Shown here piece by piece: positions 8,899 through 17,975 of a stretch of DNA of 64,000 nucleotides (positions within the stretch are counted from its first letter, which is position 1; every line of letters starts with the position of its first letter). The position numbers were made by a program, and so were the translations under genes. The notes below the pieces were generated by a model. It was not told the origin of the DNA. It made no database searches and saw nothing but the letters and a program-made list of their open reading frames with translations. The DNA is taken from the NCBI GenBank assembly GCA_041641305.1, contig JBEPYN010000003.1:34518-98517 (forward strand). The letters are read 5' to 3'. This DNA comes from Nitrososphaerota archaeon (GTDB lineage Archaea; Thermoproteota; Nitrososphaeria_A; Caldarchaeales; Caldarchaeaceae).

Positions 8899-10413
8899 AT
8901 GAAGGGTTTGAGGGTTGTTGTAGACGAGTCCGCACTGCGTCTAGGGGTTGCTGGAGAATTTGCCGCAGAGCATGGTGGAGCTGTTCTGGTGCATCGGGCG
9001 TTGTTGAAGCATTTGCAGGAACGGGCTTTTTCAGGCGACTTGGCTGCTTTGGACGGGTTGAGGAGTTTGGTGGCTTCATACGGTGAGCGCGTGGAGTTTG
9101 TCGGAGAGGCTGGTGGAGACGGGTGGCGCGACGCTGTGCTTGAATACTGTAGGAGCAACCATGAAACACTGTTGACCGCTGACCCGCTCGTGGCAAGGGT
9201 CGCCGAATCCATGGGAGTTTCATACCGCTACATGGTTCCCGAGCCGCCGCTGCAGCTCGAGTCAGTTTTCTCAGGCGATGTGATGAGCCTTCATGTGAAG
9301 GAAGGGCTTGAGCCGAGGATTAAACGCGGCCACCCCGGCCGCTGGGTCTTCGAATCCATCAGAGACAAGCCCATGTCGAGGACGGAGATAGAGTCGCTTG
9401 TCTCCACAATCATGAAAACAGCTTTCGACGTTTTCGGCACAGAGGCCTTCGTCGAAATAGACAAGCCCGAGCTGACGATTCTCCAGCTCGGCCAGTTCAG
9501 GATAGTGATCACGCGGCCGCCGCTCTCGGATGGGATGGAGATGACTGTTGTCAAACCTGTTTTGAGGGTTCGGCTGGATGATTACAGACTTCCGTCCAAG
9601 GTTCTCGAGAGGCTTGAGAAACGGGCCGAGGGCATTTTGATAGCGGGTCCGCCGGGAATGGGGAAGTCGACCTTTGCCCAGGCCCTCGCCGAATACTATC
9701 GCAACATGCGTAAAGTCGTGAAGACTGTTGAGAGCCCGCGGGACCTCAACCTTCCGCCCGACATAACACAGTATTCTAAGAGCGCTGCAAAGGACGGGGA
9801 GATACACAACGTGTTGCTGCTCAGCAGACCCGACTACACGGTGTTTGACGAGATGCGTGAAGCACGGGACTTTGAGATGTACATTGACCTCCGTTACGCG
9901 GGCATCGGGATGATAGGCGTCATCCACGCCAGCACACCCATCGACGCACTCCACAGGATAGCGAACAGAGTTGACATAGGAATACTTCCCTCAATAGTAG
10001 ATACACTCATCTTCATGGACAAGGGCCGTGTCGCAAGCATCCACACCCTCGAGGTTGTGGTCAAGGTGCCAGCAGGACTCAAGAGAGCCGACTTGGCGCG
10101 GCCTACTGTCGTAGTCAAAGATTTCTTAAACGACGAGCCTGTCTACGAACTCTATGTCTTCGGGGAACGCGTGTTCTTCGTACCCATAAAGGCATCTGAG
10201 GACCGTGGAGGCGAGCTTGCTGTTATGCGCCGCATAATTGGGAAGCATCTCTCTGACTTCAGCGTTGACAGGATAGGTGATAGGGTTGTAGTCTCCATCG
10301 GCACAGGCGAGATGAGAACCTACTTCAAGAAGTGTCAGAACAAGGTGCTGCGGATGGCTAAGCACATGGGGCTGGAGGTTGAGGTGGTTCCCAAGCAGGG
10401 CCCCGAAACTTGA
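8899..10413 (+). CDS. PINA-type ATPase (PIN + PilT/VirB11-like ATPase + KH-like tail)
   Basis: GILIAGPPGMGKSTFAQALAEYY, KTVESPRDL, LLSRPDYTVFDEMR, GIGMIGVIHA. The N-terminal PIN domain is degenerate. Confidence 0.9.
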   Translation: MKGLRVVVDESALRLGVAGEFAAEHGGAVLVHRALLKHLQERAFSGDLAALDGLRSLVASYGERVEFVGEAGGDGWRDAVLEYCRSNHETLLTADPLVARVAESMGVSYRYMVPEPPLQLESVFSGDVMSLHVKEGLEPRIKRGHPGRWVFESIRDKPMSRTEIESLVSTIMKTAFDVFGTEAFVEIDKPELTILQLGQFRIVITRPPLSDGMEMTVVKPVLRVRLDDYRLPSKVLERLEKRAEGILIAGPPGMGKSTFAQALAEYYRNMRKVVKTVESPRDLNLPPDITQYSKSAAKDGEIHNVLLLSRPDYTVFDEMREARDFEMYIDLRYAGIGMIGVIHASTPIDALHRIANRVDIGILPSIVDTLIFMDKGRVASIHTLEVVVKVPAGLKRADLARPTVVVKDFLNDEPVYELYVFGERVFFVPIKASEDRGGELAVMRRIIGKHLSDFSVDRIGDRVVVSIGTGEMRTYFKKCQNKVLRMAKHMGLEVEVVPKQGPET

Positions 10414-11645
10414 TGGAAAAGCCTCTCACACAATCTGAAGAAAGAGAAGAATACCTCTGCAACGTTTGCCACGGAATTGCGCGACTTTGCAAACTCAACA
10501 CATGTCCCTTCTACCGCGGCCTACTTAGGCAAAACATAGCAGCCAAGCTCAGAGGCCGGGAGCTGGGCGGCCCCTCTCCGCCAACATTCCTGGTAGGAGA
10601 GAAGGGGTATCCACGTGTTGCACTGGGCTCAGCCGTGGTCTATGCAGACGACGTTAACCCGCTTCTGCTCGAGTCGCCTTCTAAGTGGCTGGAGTTCTCC
10701 GTCGACGAGCTGCTGCGTCTGCGTCTCTCCCTCTTCCTCGGCCTAACCATCAACCACGTCAAAACACCTACACATGCAAGAGGCCTCTTCACGGCGATGC
10801 AAGAGTCGGCGGCGTCCACCAAACCCGTTGAGATCGAAATAACCACAGCAGGCACGGTGAACACTCTACCAGGCTTCAGCATACGCACGGCGCCCTATGG
10901 GCCATCGGCCCGGATTGAAAAAGTAAAACTCGTAAGTAACGTCACCGTGCCCCGCAAGGTGGACAGCTACTTGAACGATCCCTACGTCAAAGCAGAGGAG
11001 GCCCTTACCAGTCTCTATAAAACTGGCCATGACGAATACTATCTCACACGGCTTTTCTCAGCAGGTCTACTCGGACTCGCAAGACAGAGAAAGCTGGTGC
11101 CGACGGAGTGGAGCATCACAGCCGTAGATGACATCCTCTCCAAACAATTGTATCAGCAGGTCAAACACTACAGCATCATAAACGAATATCGTGTCCACAG
11201 CTACTCTGCTGTGGAAAATTCCGCCACCATAATCCTCACTCCAACCCCCTGGATGTATGAGCTTCTCGAGGGCTGGCTAAAATATAGAAACAACCCACCA
11301 TACAGCGACCACGAAATACTCAGGCCGAGAAAAACTTACGCGGAAAACACGGGGGGAGCATACTACGCCGTACGGCTCTCCCTGCTGAGACATCTTGCCG
11401 AGAGACGTGAACAGAGTGGCGCCATAGTGTTTTTCGAGATCAAGCCGGGATGGGTTCCGCTGGGTGTCTGGCGTTTCCGCGAAATCGTGAAGAAGGCTCT
11501 GGAACAACGGTGTGAACGTTTTCAGTCTCCTGACGAGGCTCTCGCCCATATCGAGCCACGTCTCTCTATCCCGCTACACGCTTACATCAAGCAAAGCAGC
11601 CTCATATCATTTCTAAGAAAACAGAGTACGATAGACATGCTTTAG
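10413..11645 (+). CDS. nreA: Archaeal DNA repair protein NreA (DUF650/DUF651)
   Basis: N-terminal CxxC...C...CP, GPSPP, RKLVPTEWSITAVDD, GGAYYAVRL, PLGVWRFRE, and a C-terminal PIP-box-like KQSTIDML. Confidence 0.9.
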   Translation: MEKPLTQSEEREEYLCNVCHGIARLCKLNTCPFYRGLLRQNIAAKLRGRELGGPSPPTFLVGEKGYPRVALGSAVVYADDVNPLLLESPSKWLEFSVDELLRLRLSLFLGLTINHVKTPTHARGLFTAMQESAASTKPVEIEITTAGTVNTLPGFSIRTAPYGPSARIEKVKLVSNVTVPRKVDSYLNDPYVKAEEALTSLYKTGHDEYYLTRLFSAGLLGLARQRKLVPTEWSITAVDDILSKQLYQQVKHYSIINEYRVHSYSAVENSATIILTPTPWMYELLEGWLKYRNNPPYSDHEILRPRKTYAENTGGAYYAVRLSLLRHLAERREQSGAIVFFEIKPGWVPLGVWRFREIVKKALEQRCERFQSPDEALAHIEPRLSIPLHAYIKQSSLISFLRKQSTIDML

Positions 11646-11697
11646 CAAGGACGTGCTCGTGCAACATAGATTTAAGGCGGGTTTGAATTGTCACAGC

Positions 11698-12126
11698 ATG
11701 TCTTCTCCAATCAGATTAGAGGTTTTGCTTGCGCTGGTTGCTTTCCTCTGCCTTGGTTTAACAGATTTTTTACGTAAGAAGGGGGCGGCCGCTGGCGCAA
11801 ATTCTTTCAGCTACCTGCTTGTTGAGACGGTTGTGCTTCTCGTGCTTCTCCCATTCGTGGCCACGGTGTACAGCGGAAAACTGACGCTGAGCCTCTCGGG
11901 AACATTACCCTACGCCATCCTCTCCGGCGTAACAATAACCGTCGCACTCTTCGCCATGTTATCAGGCCTATCAATTGGCGAGGGAAGCCTCGTAATCCCC
12001 ATCTCAAGGCTAGGCCTAGCGCTTGCGACTTTGCTCAGCCTCTTTCTTCTCAACGAGTCAATCACCCTAACCAAGGTGCTGGGCATCGGGCTGGCGGTGG
12101 TCGCCGTCTTTCTCCTATCTAAATGA
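11698..12126 (+). CDS. EamA/DMT family small transporter
   Basis: Five hydrophobic segments, GEGSLVIPI, LFLLNESITLTKVLGI. TTTAAG promoter-like box about 27 nt upstream of ATG 11698. Confidence 0.8.
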   Translation: MSSPIRLEVLLALVAFLCLGLTDFLRKKGAAAGANSFSYLLVETVVLLVLLPFVATVYSGKLTLSLSGTLPYAILSGVTITVALFAMLSGLSIGEGSLVIPISRLGLALATLLSLFLLNESITLTKVLGIGLAVVAVFLLSK

Positions 12127-12280
12127 TGTCCTCCAACGGTGTTTTGACGTACCAGCTGTGGCCGCATCTTGGGCAGTAGAGGCTCCACACTTTTCTGACA
12201 TGCGAGTCGCTTGGCTTGGTGGGGATCGTTAACCGGTAGCCGCATTTTGGGCAGGTGTACTCGTCCTCTACGCTGGTCAA
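12119..12280 (-). CDS. 53-aa CPxCG-type zinc-finger microprotein (not in the ORF track)
   Basis: Hand translation: MTSVEDEYTCPKCGYRLTIPTKPSDSHVRKVWSLYCPRCGHSWYVKTPLEDII. The TTG start overlaps the tsaA stop (TTGA). Confidence 0.8.
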   Translation of the reverse strand: MTSVEDEYTCPKCGYRLTIPTKPSDSHVRKVWSLYCPRCGHSWYVKTPLEDII

Positions 12281-12747
12281 ATCGGGGCCCTTGCGTCGAG
12301 CTTAACCCAATCAGGGTAGCTGTAGTTCTCTGCCCGGTAGTCGGGACGGTAGGGCTTAAGGTCTATCACAGGTGTGCCGTCAAACAGGTCGAGACCATTC
12401 ACATACAATGTATTCCCCTCCCGCCTAACAAGCTTGACCAACGTAAGAGCTATCGGGTTGGGCCTCACAGGCGAGTCCGTCGAGAAAACACCCAGGGTCG
12501 GAAGCTCCTCCTCACGCATCCCCAGCCGCAGAAGCCGCCTCGGCTTCACCTTGAGAAGTGACCGGTGCTCTGGCTTCGACTTGTGGAAGACCGCGATGAT
12601 GAATAAGTGGGTGTAATTCTCTACACCGTCCAGCGCCTCTTCATACTCCGGCAGTATCTCGACGCGTCCCGGGACAGCACCGGCGTTCTGCTTCACGTAC
12701 TCATCATCGAAGTCAACACGCACATAGCCGACAATCTTGAACTCCAT
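12277..12747 (-). CDS. tsaA: tRNA m6t6A37 methyltransferase TsaA/TrmO family
   Basis: LGVFSTDSPVRPNPIALTLV, GLDLFDGTPVIDLKPY. Confidence 0.9.
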   Translation of the reverse strand: MEFKIVGYVRVDFDDEYVKQNAGAVPGRVEILPEYEEALDGVENYTHLFIIAVFHKSKPEHRSLLKVKPRRLLRLGMREEELPTLGVFSTDSPVRPNPIALTLVKLVRREGNTLYVNGLDLFDGTPVIDLKPYRPDYRAENYSYPDWVKLDARAPI

Positions 12748-12781
12748 CCACAATAACGCTTCTTTGCTTGATTTAAGTGTG

Positions 12782-13138
12782 TCATTTACCTCTCATCTTC
12801 TCTATGTATTCCATGAGGGCTGTTGCGTTGTTGTGAAGTGTGTCCCTTGCAGAAAAGAGAAGCGTTACCGTGCCATGTCTCTGCTCGAGTTCAAGAATCA
12901 TCTTGACAGCCTCAGGTTTTTGGCTAAGTTCCCTGAAATAACGCTGCTTAAACTCATCCCATCTCTCAGGCCTGTGACCAAACCATTTCCTCAGAGAACT
13001 TGTTGGCGCAACATCCTTCAGCCAAACATCCACAGCCGCGCGGTTTTTCTCCAGTCCACGAGGCCACAGCCTATCAACCAGCACCCTACATCCATCCTCC
13101 CGAGAAGGAGGCTCATACACACGCTTAACCCTAATCAT
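12782..13138 (-). CDS. DUF488 / YeaO family protein
   Basis: IRVKRVYE, RVLVDRLWPRG, WLKDVAPTSSLRKWFGH, HNNA. Start set at ATG 13138. Confidence 0.9.
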   Translation of the reverse strand: MIRVKRVYEPPSREDGCRVLVDRLWPRGLEKNRAAVDVWLKDVAPTSSLRKWFGHRPERWDEFKQRYFRELSQKPEAVKMILELEQRHGTVTLLFSARDTLHNNATALMEYIEKMRGK

Positions 13139-13305
13139 GAAACACAGCACTACACATCTGTAAAAATCTTTTCCAACATACGTCAAAAGACCAAGTTCGC
13201 ACATGTTCATCCATCAACTTGACATTTTCCTTCTCCCCGCATCATCAGAGTGAATCAGGAATACTTTTTTGTTAGCATCAGACATGTAGATGTTGGTGTG
13301 ATGAA

Positions 13306-14541
13306 TTGAGTTCCTCCGTTTATGATGTTTGGAGTTTGGCGGATGAATGGGGGCCTGAGAAGGTTGTTTTCGCCTATGATCCCGACACGGGAATGAGGGG
13401 CGTTCTGGTTATCGACAACACGGCCATCGGACCTGGGAAAGGCGGAATAAGGTTCACCCCAACCGTTACACCTGTTGAAGTGTTTCGGCTGGCCAGAGTT
13501 ATGACCTGGAAATGCGCCCTCGCGGGTCTTCCCTTTGGCGGCGCAAAGGGCGGAATTATGGGTGACCCGAATAATGTGGACAGAGTGGCTTGGATGAGGT
13601 CTTTCGCCAAAGCGATTAAGCCCTACGTTCCGCTTCAATACGTGGCCGCCACAGACATGGGAACGACTGAGCTCGACATGGCTGTCTTCGCTCATGAGGT
13701 CGGTGATGTCAGAGCATGCACAGGCAAGCCCAGCGAAATGGGCGGGATACCGCATGAACTCGGAACAACGGGATACGGTGTCGCAGTGGCTACAGACCTT
13801 ACACTTAGTATGCTCAACAAATTTGGCTCGATCAGCCTGAACCCACGGGAGGCAGCAGTGGCCATTCAGGGATTTGGAAACGTCGGCTCCTTCACAGCAA
13901 AGTTTCTCGACGAGCTTGGCTACAAAATTGTCGCTATATCAGACATCTCGGGATGCATACACGACCCCGAGGGACTCGACATACCCCACATCATGAGAGA
14001 GCTTCAAACAGTTGGTATGATAAGGAAACTTTCAAGATATGAAATACACCCCGCGGAAAAAATCTTCGATGTGAAGTCGGATGTCTTCATACCCGCGGCA
14101 ACCTCTGACACAATTAACACCGAAACTGCGCCTAAGCTGATCAAAGCTGGAACAAAGTTGGTTATCGAGGCGGCCAACATACCCACCACATCCGAGGCAG
14201 AAAAAATGTTGGTTCAGAAAGGGGTTTGGGTAGTTCCCGACTTCGTAGTTAATGCTGGAGGAGTCATCGGCTCTTATGTCGAGTATAAAGGGGGAACAGA
14301 GAAAGAGGCCTTTGAACTCATAAACTACAAGATCAGCACAAACGTCAAACTCGTGGTAACACTCGCACAACAAAACGGCTCAACACCCAGAGAAATAGCT
14401 AAAGAAATCGCGAAAACACGGGTCAAAAGAGCCATGCTACTCCGCCGCGGAGCCATAGACGTGGCTCGAGAATATTTCGCACGACAGAAACAACTCTACG
14501 AGTTCATGATTCCAGACCTCAGAAACACAACGCATCCTTAA
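13306..14541 (+). CDS. gdhA: Glutamate dehydrogenase (Glu/Leu/Phe/Val dehydrogenase family)
   Basis: GPGKGGIRF, MTWKCALAGLPFGGAKGG, QGFGNVG, EAAN, PDFVVNAGGVIGSY. Confidence 0.88.
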   Translation: MSSSVYDVWSLADEWGPEKVVFAYDPDTGMRGVLVIDNTAIGPGKGGIRFTPTVTPVEVFRLARVMTWKCALAGLPFGGAKGGIMGDPNNVDRVAWMRSFAKAIKPYVPLQYVAATDMGTTELDMAVFAHEVGDVRACTGKPSEMGGIPHELGTTGYGVAVATDLTLSMLNKFGSISLNPREAAVAIQGFGNVGSFTAKFLDELGYKIVAISDISGCIHDPEGLDIPHIMRELQTVGMIRKLSRYEIHPAEKIFDVKSDVFIPAATSDTINTETAPKLIKAGTKLVIEAANIPTTSEAEKMLVQKGVWVVPDFVVNAGGVIGSYVEYKGGTEKEAFELINYKISTNVKLVVTLAQQNGSTPREIAKEIAKTRVKRAMLLRRGAIDVAREYFARQKQLYEFMIPDLRNTTHP

Positions 14542-14569
14542 ATAATCTGCAGCAAAAAGGACACCAGAC

Positions 14570-14643
14570 GCCCTGGTAGCTCAGCCCGGTAGAGCGGCCG
14601 CCTCGTAAGCGGCAGGCCGAGGGTTCAAAGCCCTCCCAGGGCT
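14570..14643 (+). tRNA. tRNA-Thr(CGT), no intron, CCA not encoded
   Basis: GCCCTGG/CCAGGGC acceptor stem, GCCGC-CTCGTAA-GCGGC anticodon arm, GGTTCAAAGCC T-arm. TTAAATA box about 30 nt upstream. Confidence 0.95.
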
Positions 14644-15652
14644 ATACCGTCGTAAATTTTTTGTTTAGCGGATCGTATACCTCGACTTTCTCAGGTGTCT
14701 TACTTGAGATAACCACACCCCTTTTTATCACATAGAGAGGTCTCTTCTGGAGGGCGAGTGCCTCCAGTTCGTCATATGCATCTAGGACAACTAGGTCGCC
14801 ATAGGCTCCGACCTTTACTCCGTATTTCTCATCTATGCGTAGCGCCTTTGCGGCGTTGTATGTTATGAGGTTGAAGGATTTTCGCAGCTCTTGATGAGAC
14901 ATCATCTGGGCGACGTGAACAGCCATAAACAATACCTGAACCATGTCGCCCCTGCCGAGCGGATACCACGGATCCATAATGCAGTAATGACCCAAGGCCA
15001 CGTTTACACCATTAGCGAGCAGCTCTTTCACACGAGTCATTCCTCTTCTTTTTGGATAGGTGTCGAACCTCCCTTGTAAATGGATGTTGATCAACGGGTT
15101 AGCAACGACAGTCACACCTGCTCTTCTAAGCAGTCGATACAGCTTCGCCGCATAGGCATCGTTGTAGGAATGCATAGCAGTACAATGACCCGCCGTCGCC
15201 CTGCCAATGTATCCATTCTTTATTGCGTAAGAAGCTACCACTTCGAGAAAACGGGACTGCTCGTCATCTGTTTCATCTACGTGTCCATCGATGTCTCGGT
15301 CATACTTCTTCGCTATCTCGAAAGCCAGTTCAATAGACTTAACACCATCTTCTCGTGTAAACTCGATGTGGGGTATCATACCTACGTTATCTACGCCCAT
15401 TTCCACGGCCTTTTCAAGAAGCTCCGAGTTAATCGGGTCAGTTAAGATACCATCTTGGGGGAAAGCTGTAACCTGTACATCCACCAGACCCTTGTAGATT
15501 CTCTTAATCTCTAATAGGCCTCTTACTGTTGTTAATGTGGAGTCAGTTACATCAGCATGGGTACGGATATAGGTTGTACCGTGTGAAATCATTAGATTCA
15601 GAGCACGTCGTGCGCGTTCAACTATGTCATCCACCGTTAGCCTTTTCTTACT
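14642..15652 (-). pseudogene. codA: 5'-truncated cytosine deaminase (CodA-type amidohydrolase)
   Basis: Close resemblance to CodA (IRTHADV, AFPQDG, HVDETDDEQSRF, NIHLQGRFDTYPKRRG, DPWYPLG). Lacks the N-terminal ~95 aa with the HxH motif, has an in-frame TAG just upstream, and the metal-ligand GHD reads GHY. Confidence 0.85.
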
Positions 15653-16475
15653 AAGCTAAGGTATCTCAACGGTCCATTCGCAACGGTTTTGGCTGAAGCT
15701 ATTCATGAGGCGGTCAAGGAAAGAGGAGGAATTGAGCTGCGGAGCATTATTGCTCAAGCCATTCACATGGGCGACGAGTGTCACAACAGAAACATGGCGT
15801 CAACCTCCCTCTTTTTCAGAGAATTAGCACCATACATAGCGCGAGTAACAGACCCGAAGACTGCTCATGATATCTTCAACACTATCAACGCGAACAACCT
15901 CCTTTTTCCTTAACCTAGCCATGGCCTCATGCAAGCTGATGGCCGACAGGGCCCACAACATTAAGCACAGCACAATAGTTACGACGATTTCAAGAAACGG
16001 CACGGATGTGGGGATTAGGGTTAGCGGACTGGGCGATACATGGTTTACTGCTCCCGCACCCGTGCCAAGAGGTCTTTATTTTCCCGGATTCTCCGAAAGC
16101 GACTCTAACCCTGACATAGGGGACAGCACCATAACCGAGACAGCTGGACTTGGAGCAGCAGCCATGGCAGCCAGCCCCGCCATCGTCAAATTTATAGGCG
16201 GCGACGTCAAACAAGCTCTGGAAATAACCAACCGCATGGCCCGCATATGTTACGGGCGGCATAGATACTTCACCATCCCGTACTTGGATTTTGAAGGTAC
16301 TCCCGTGGGTGTAGATATTCGACGAGTTCTACGGCTGGGGTTGCCGCCGGTGGCTGACACAGGCATAGCCCATAGAAACGCTGGTGTAGGCCAAATTGGT
16401 GCGGGGATCGTGGAGATACCTATCGAGCCGTTTAAGCAGGCTCTCCGCAAATACGCCGAAGTTTACGGGATTTAG
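15653..16475 (+). pseudogene. 5'-truncated, frameshifted YlbE/YahG (DUF1116, AllG-like) gene
   Basis: MGDECHNRN, then FFLNLAMASCK, RNGTDVGIRVSG, NPDIGDSTITETAGLG, GVGQIGAG. Frame change near 15900-15907. The N-terminal half is absent. Confidence 0.85.
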
Positions 16476-16533
16476 TCACCTAGTTGCTCTGAGAAAATAG
16501 GGTTAAAATCTGGATGTTTTTTTATTTCTCGGG

Positions 16534-16815
16534 TTGAGTCAGGATTCTGCACGTGTTCACGTGATTCCGCTGCGTGATGCTTGGAAGGCTTCGAGGCTTA
16601 GGAGAACTGATGCAGCGGTGCGGTTGGTCAAGGAATATGCGATGAGACACGGGAAAGCCTCTGTGGTCAAGATATCGCCAAAGGTCAATGAACTGCTGTG
16701 GACGAATAGCCGTCAAAACCCTCCGCGGAGGATACGTGTTGTTCTCGAGAAGGAGGACGAGGATACTGTTTTTGTTAGGCTTGAGAACGAGGCCGCGGCG
16801 GAGAAGAAGGAGTAG
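16534..16815 (+). CDS. rpl31e: 50S ribosomal protein L31e
   Basis: VIPLRDAW...RRTDAAVRLVKEYAMRH...VNELLW...NPPRRIRV, upstream of aIF-6. Confidence 0.93.
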   Translation: MSQDSARVHVIPLRDAWKASRLRRTDAAVRLVKEYAMRHGKASVVKISPKVNELLWTNSRQNPPRRIRVVLEKEDEDTVFVRLENEAAAEKKE

Positions 16816-16826
16816 CGGAGCTTGTT

Positions 16827-17495
16827 ATGGAGATTAGGCTGGAGACGGTGCTCGGCTCCGCTGAAGTTGGCTTGTTTGCCCTCCCCACAGAACGTTACGT
16901 TATTCTCTCAAAGGAGATTAACCCGTCGAAGGTCAGAGTCTTCAAAGAAGTGCTGAACGCCGAGCCTATCCTAACTTCTTTGGCTGGAAGCATCCTGGTC
17001 TCCCCCTTTGCAGCAGGTAACTCCAATGGCCTCCTTGTCTCGAAGCTTGTTTTGGATGAGGAGCTTGATAAGATAAGAGAGGCTTTTCCCGACCTGACCG
17101 TAAAACGCTTGGACACAAAGTATACGGCGGTGGGTAACCTTATTCTCTGCAATGACCGTGGGGCCGTGGTAAGCTCTTTGCTGGGCAAAAGTGTTGCCAG
17201 GGTTGTTGCCGATGTTTTGGGCACAGAAACCGTTTCATCCACAATAGCTAACAGGTCTTATGTTGGGTCGCTCGTCGCAGCCACAAACGTGGGGGCGCTG
17301 GTTTACGTCAATGCCGAAGATGATGAGCTGAAGCTCGTGGAAGATGTGCTGCATGTCCAAACTGCGACGGGAACAGTTAACGGCGGTGTGCTTTTTCCAC
17401 GTAGCGGGATAGCGGCCAACTCCAAAGGCGCAGTGGTAGGCGCACTGACTACCGGGCCAGAGCTAATGACCATCTCAAGAGTTTTCCAGAGATAA
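16827..17495 (+). CDS. eif6: Translation initiation factor aIF-6
   Basis: AGNSNGLLV, TAVGNLILCNDRGAVV, GTVNGG, ANSKGAVVGALTTGPEL. Confidence 0.95.
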   Translation: MEIRLETVLGSAEVGLFALPTERYVILSKEINPSKVRVFKEVLNAEPILTSLAGSILVSPFAAGNSNGLLVSKLVLDEELDKIREAFPDLTVKRLDTKYTAVGNLILCNDRGAVVSSLLGKSVARVVADVLGTETVSSTIANRSYVGSLVAATNVGALVYVNAEDDELKLVEDVLHVQTATGTVNGGVLFPRSGIAANSKGAVVGALTTGPELMTISRVFQR

Positions 17496-17546
17496 TTATC
17501 CTGTTTGATAACGTTATAAGGGGCTTGTGTGAATCTGTTTCCAGAC

Positions 17547-17969
17547 ATGTCGGAGGCCGAGGTCGCCCAAGCGCTTGAGGAGCTTCAGCTGCTTGAACGT
17601 CTTGTCGCAGACCTTCAGGCGCGGATTCTTGCGCTGCAGAGGTCTGTGTCAGAGCATGAAGAAGCTGTCAAACTAATCGAGGAGATTCGTAAGTCGGGAG
17701 GAAACATGAGGATTCTCGTGCCCATCGGTGCGGGGACATTCGCGGAGGCAAGCCTTCAATCTGTCGAAAAAGTGACTGTGAGCTTAGGTGCCGGCGTATA
17801 TGCCGTGAAAGCTCTCGAGGACACCCAGCAGCTCTTGACCAAGAGAAACCAGGCCTTGCAGGCTTATGTCGATGCATTATCTAAGAGACTATCTGAGTAC
17901 GCGGCGCGAGCCGATGAGCTGCGCAGGTTTTTGAACAGTGTTTTGGCCGCGCAGCAGCGTCAAGGGTAG
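17547..17969 (+). CDS. pfdA: Prefoldin subunit alpha
   Basis: Coiled coils flanking ILVPIGAGTF...VSLGAGVY hairpins. TTATAA box about 30 nt upstream of ATG 17547. Confidence 0.92.
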   Translation: MSEAEVAQALEELQLLERLVADLQARILALQRSVSEHEEAVKLIEEIRKSGGNMRILVPIGAGTFAEASLQSVEKVTVSLGAGVYAVKALEDTQQLLTKRNQALQAYVDALSKRLSEYAARADELRRFLNSVLAAQQRQG

Positions 17970-17975
17970 TAGGCT

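Noticed and set aside
8899-11645. PINA-nreA next to tRNA-Leu as a possible integrated secretion element
   Set aside because: The ATPase matches the housekeeping PINA family and not a conjugative VirB11. No integrase or att repeat is present.
12122-12198. Possible C/D-box sRNA (ATGATGT ... CTGA) in the apparent gap after the EamA gene
   Set aside because: The C box is imperfect, and the interval is fully explained by the zinc-finger ORF on the minus strand.
16476-16533. Search for an att duplicate of the tRNA-Thr 3' end at the far side of the islet
   Set aside because: No repeat of GGTTCAAAGCCCTCCCAGGGC is visible and there is no integrase, so no mobile element is called.
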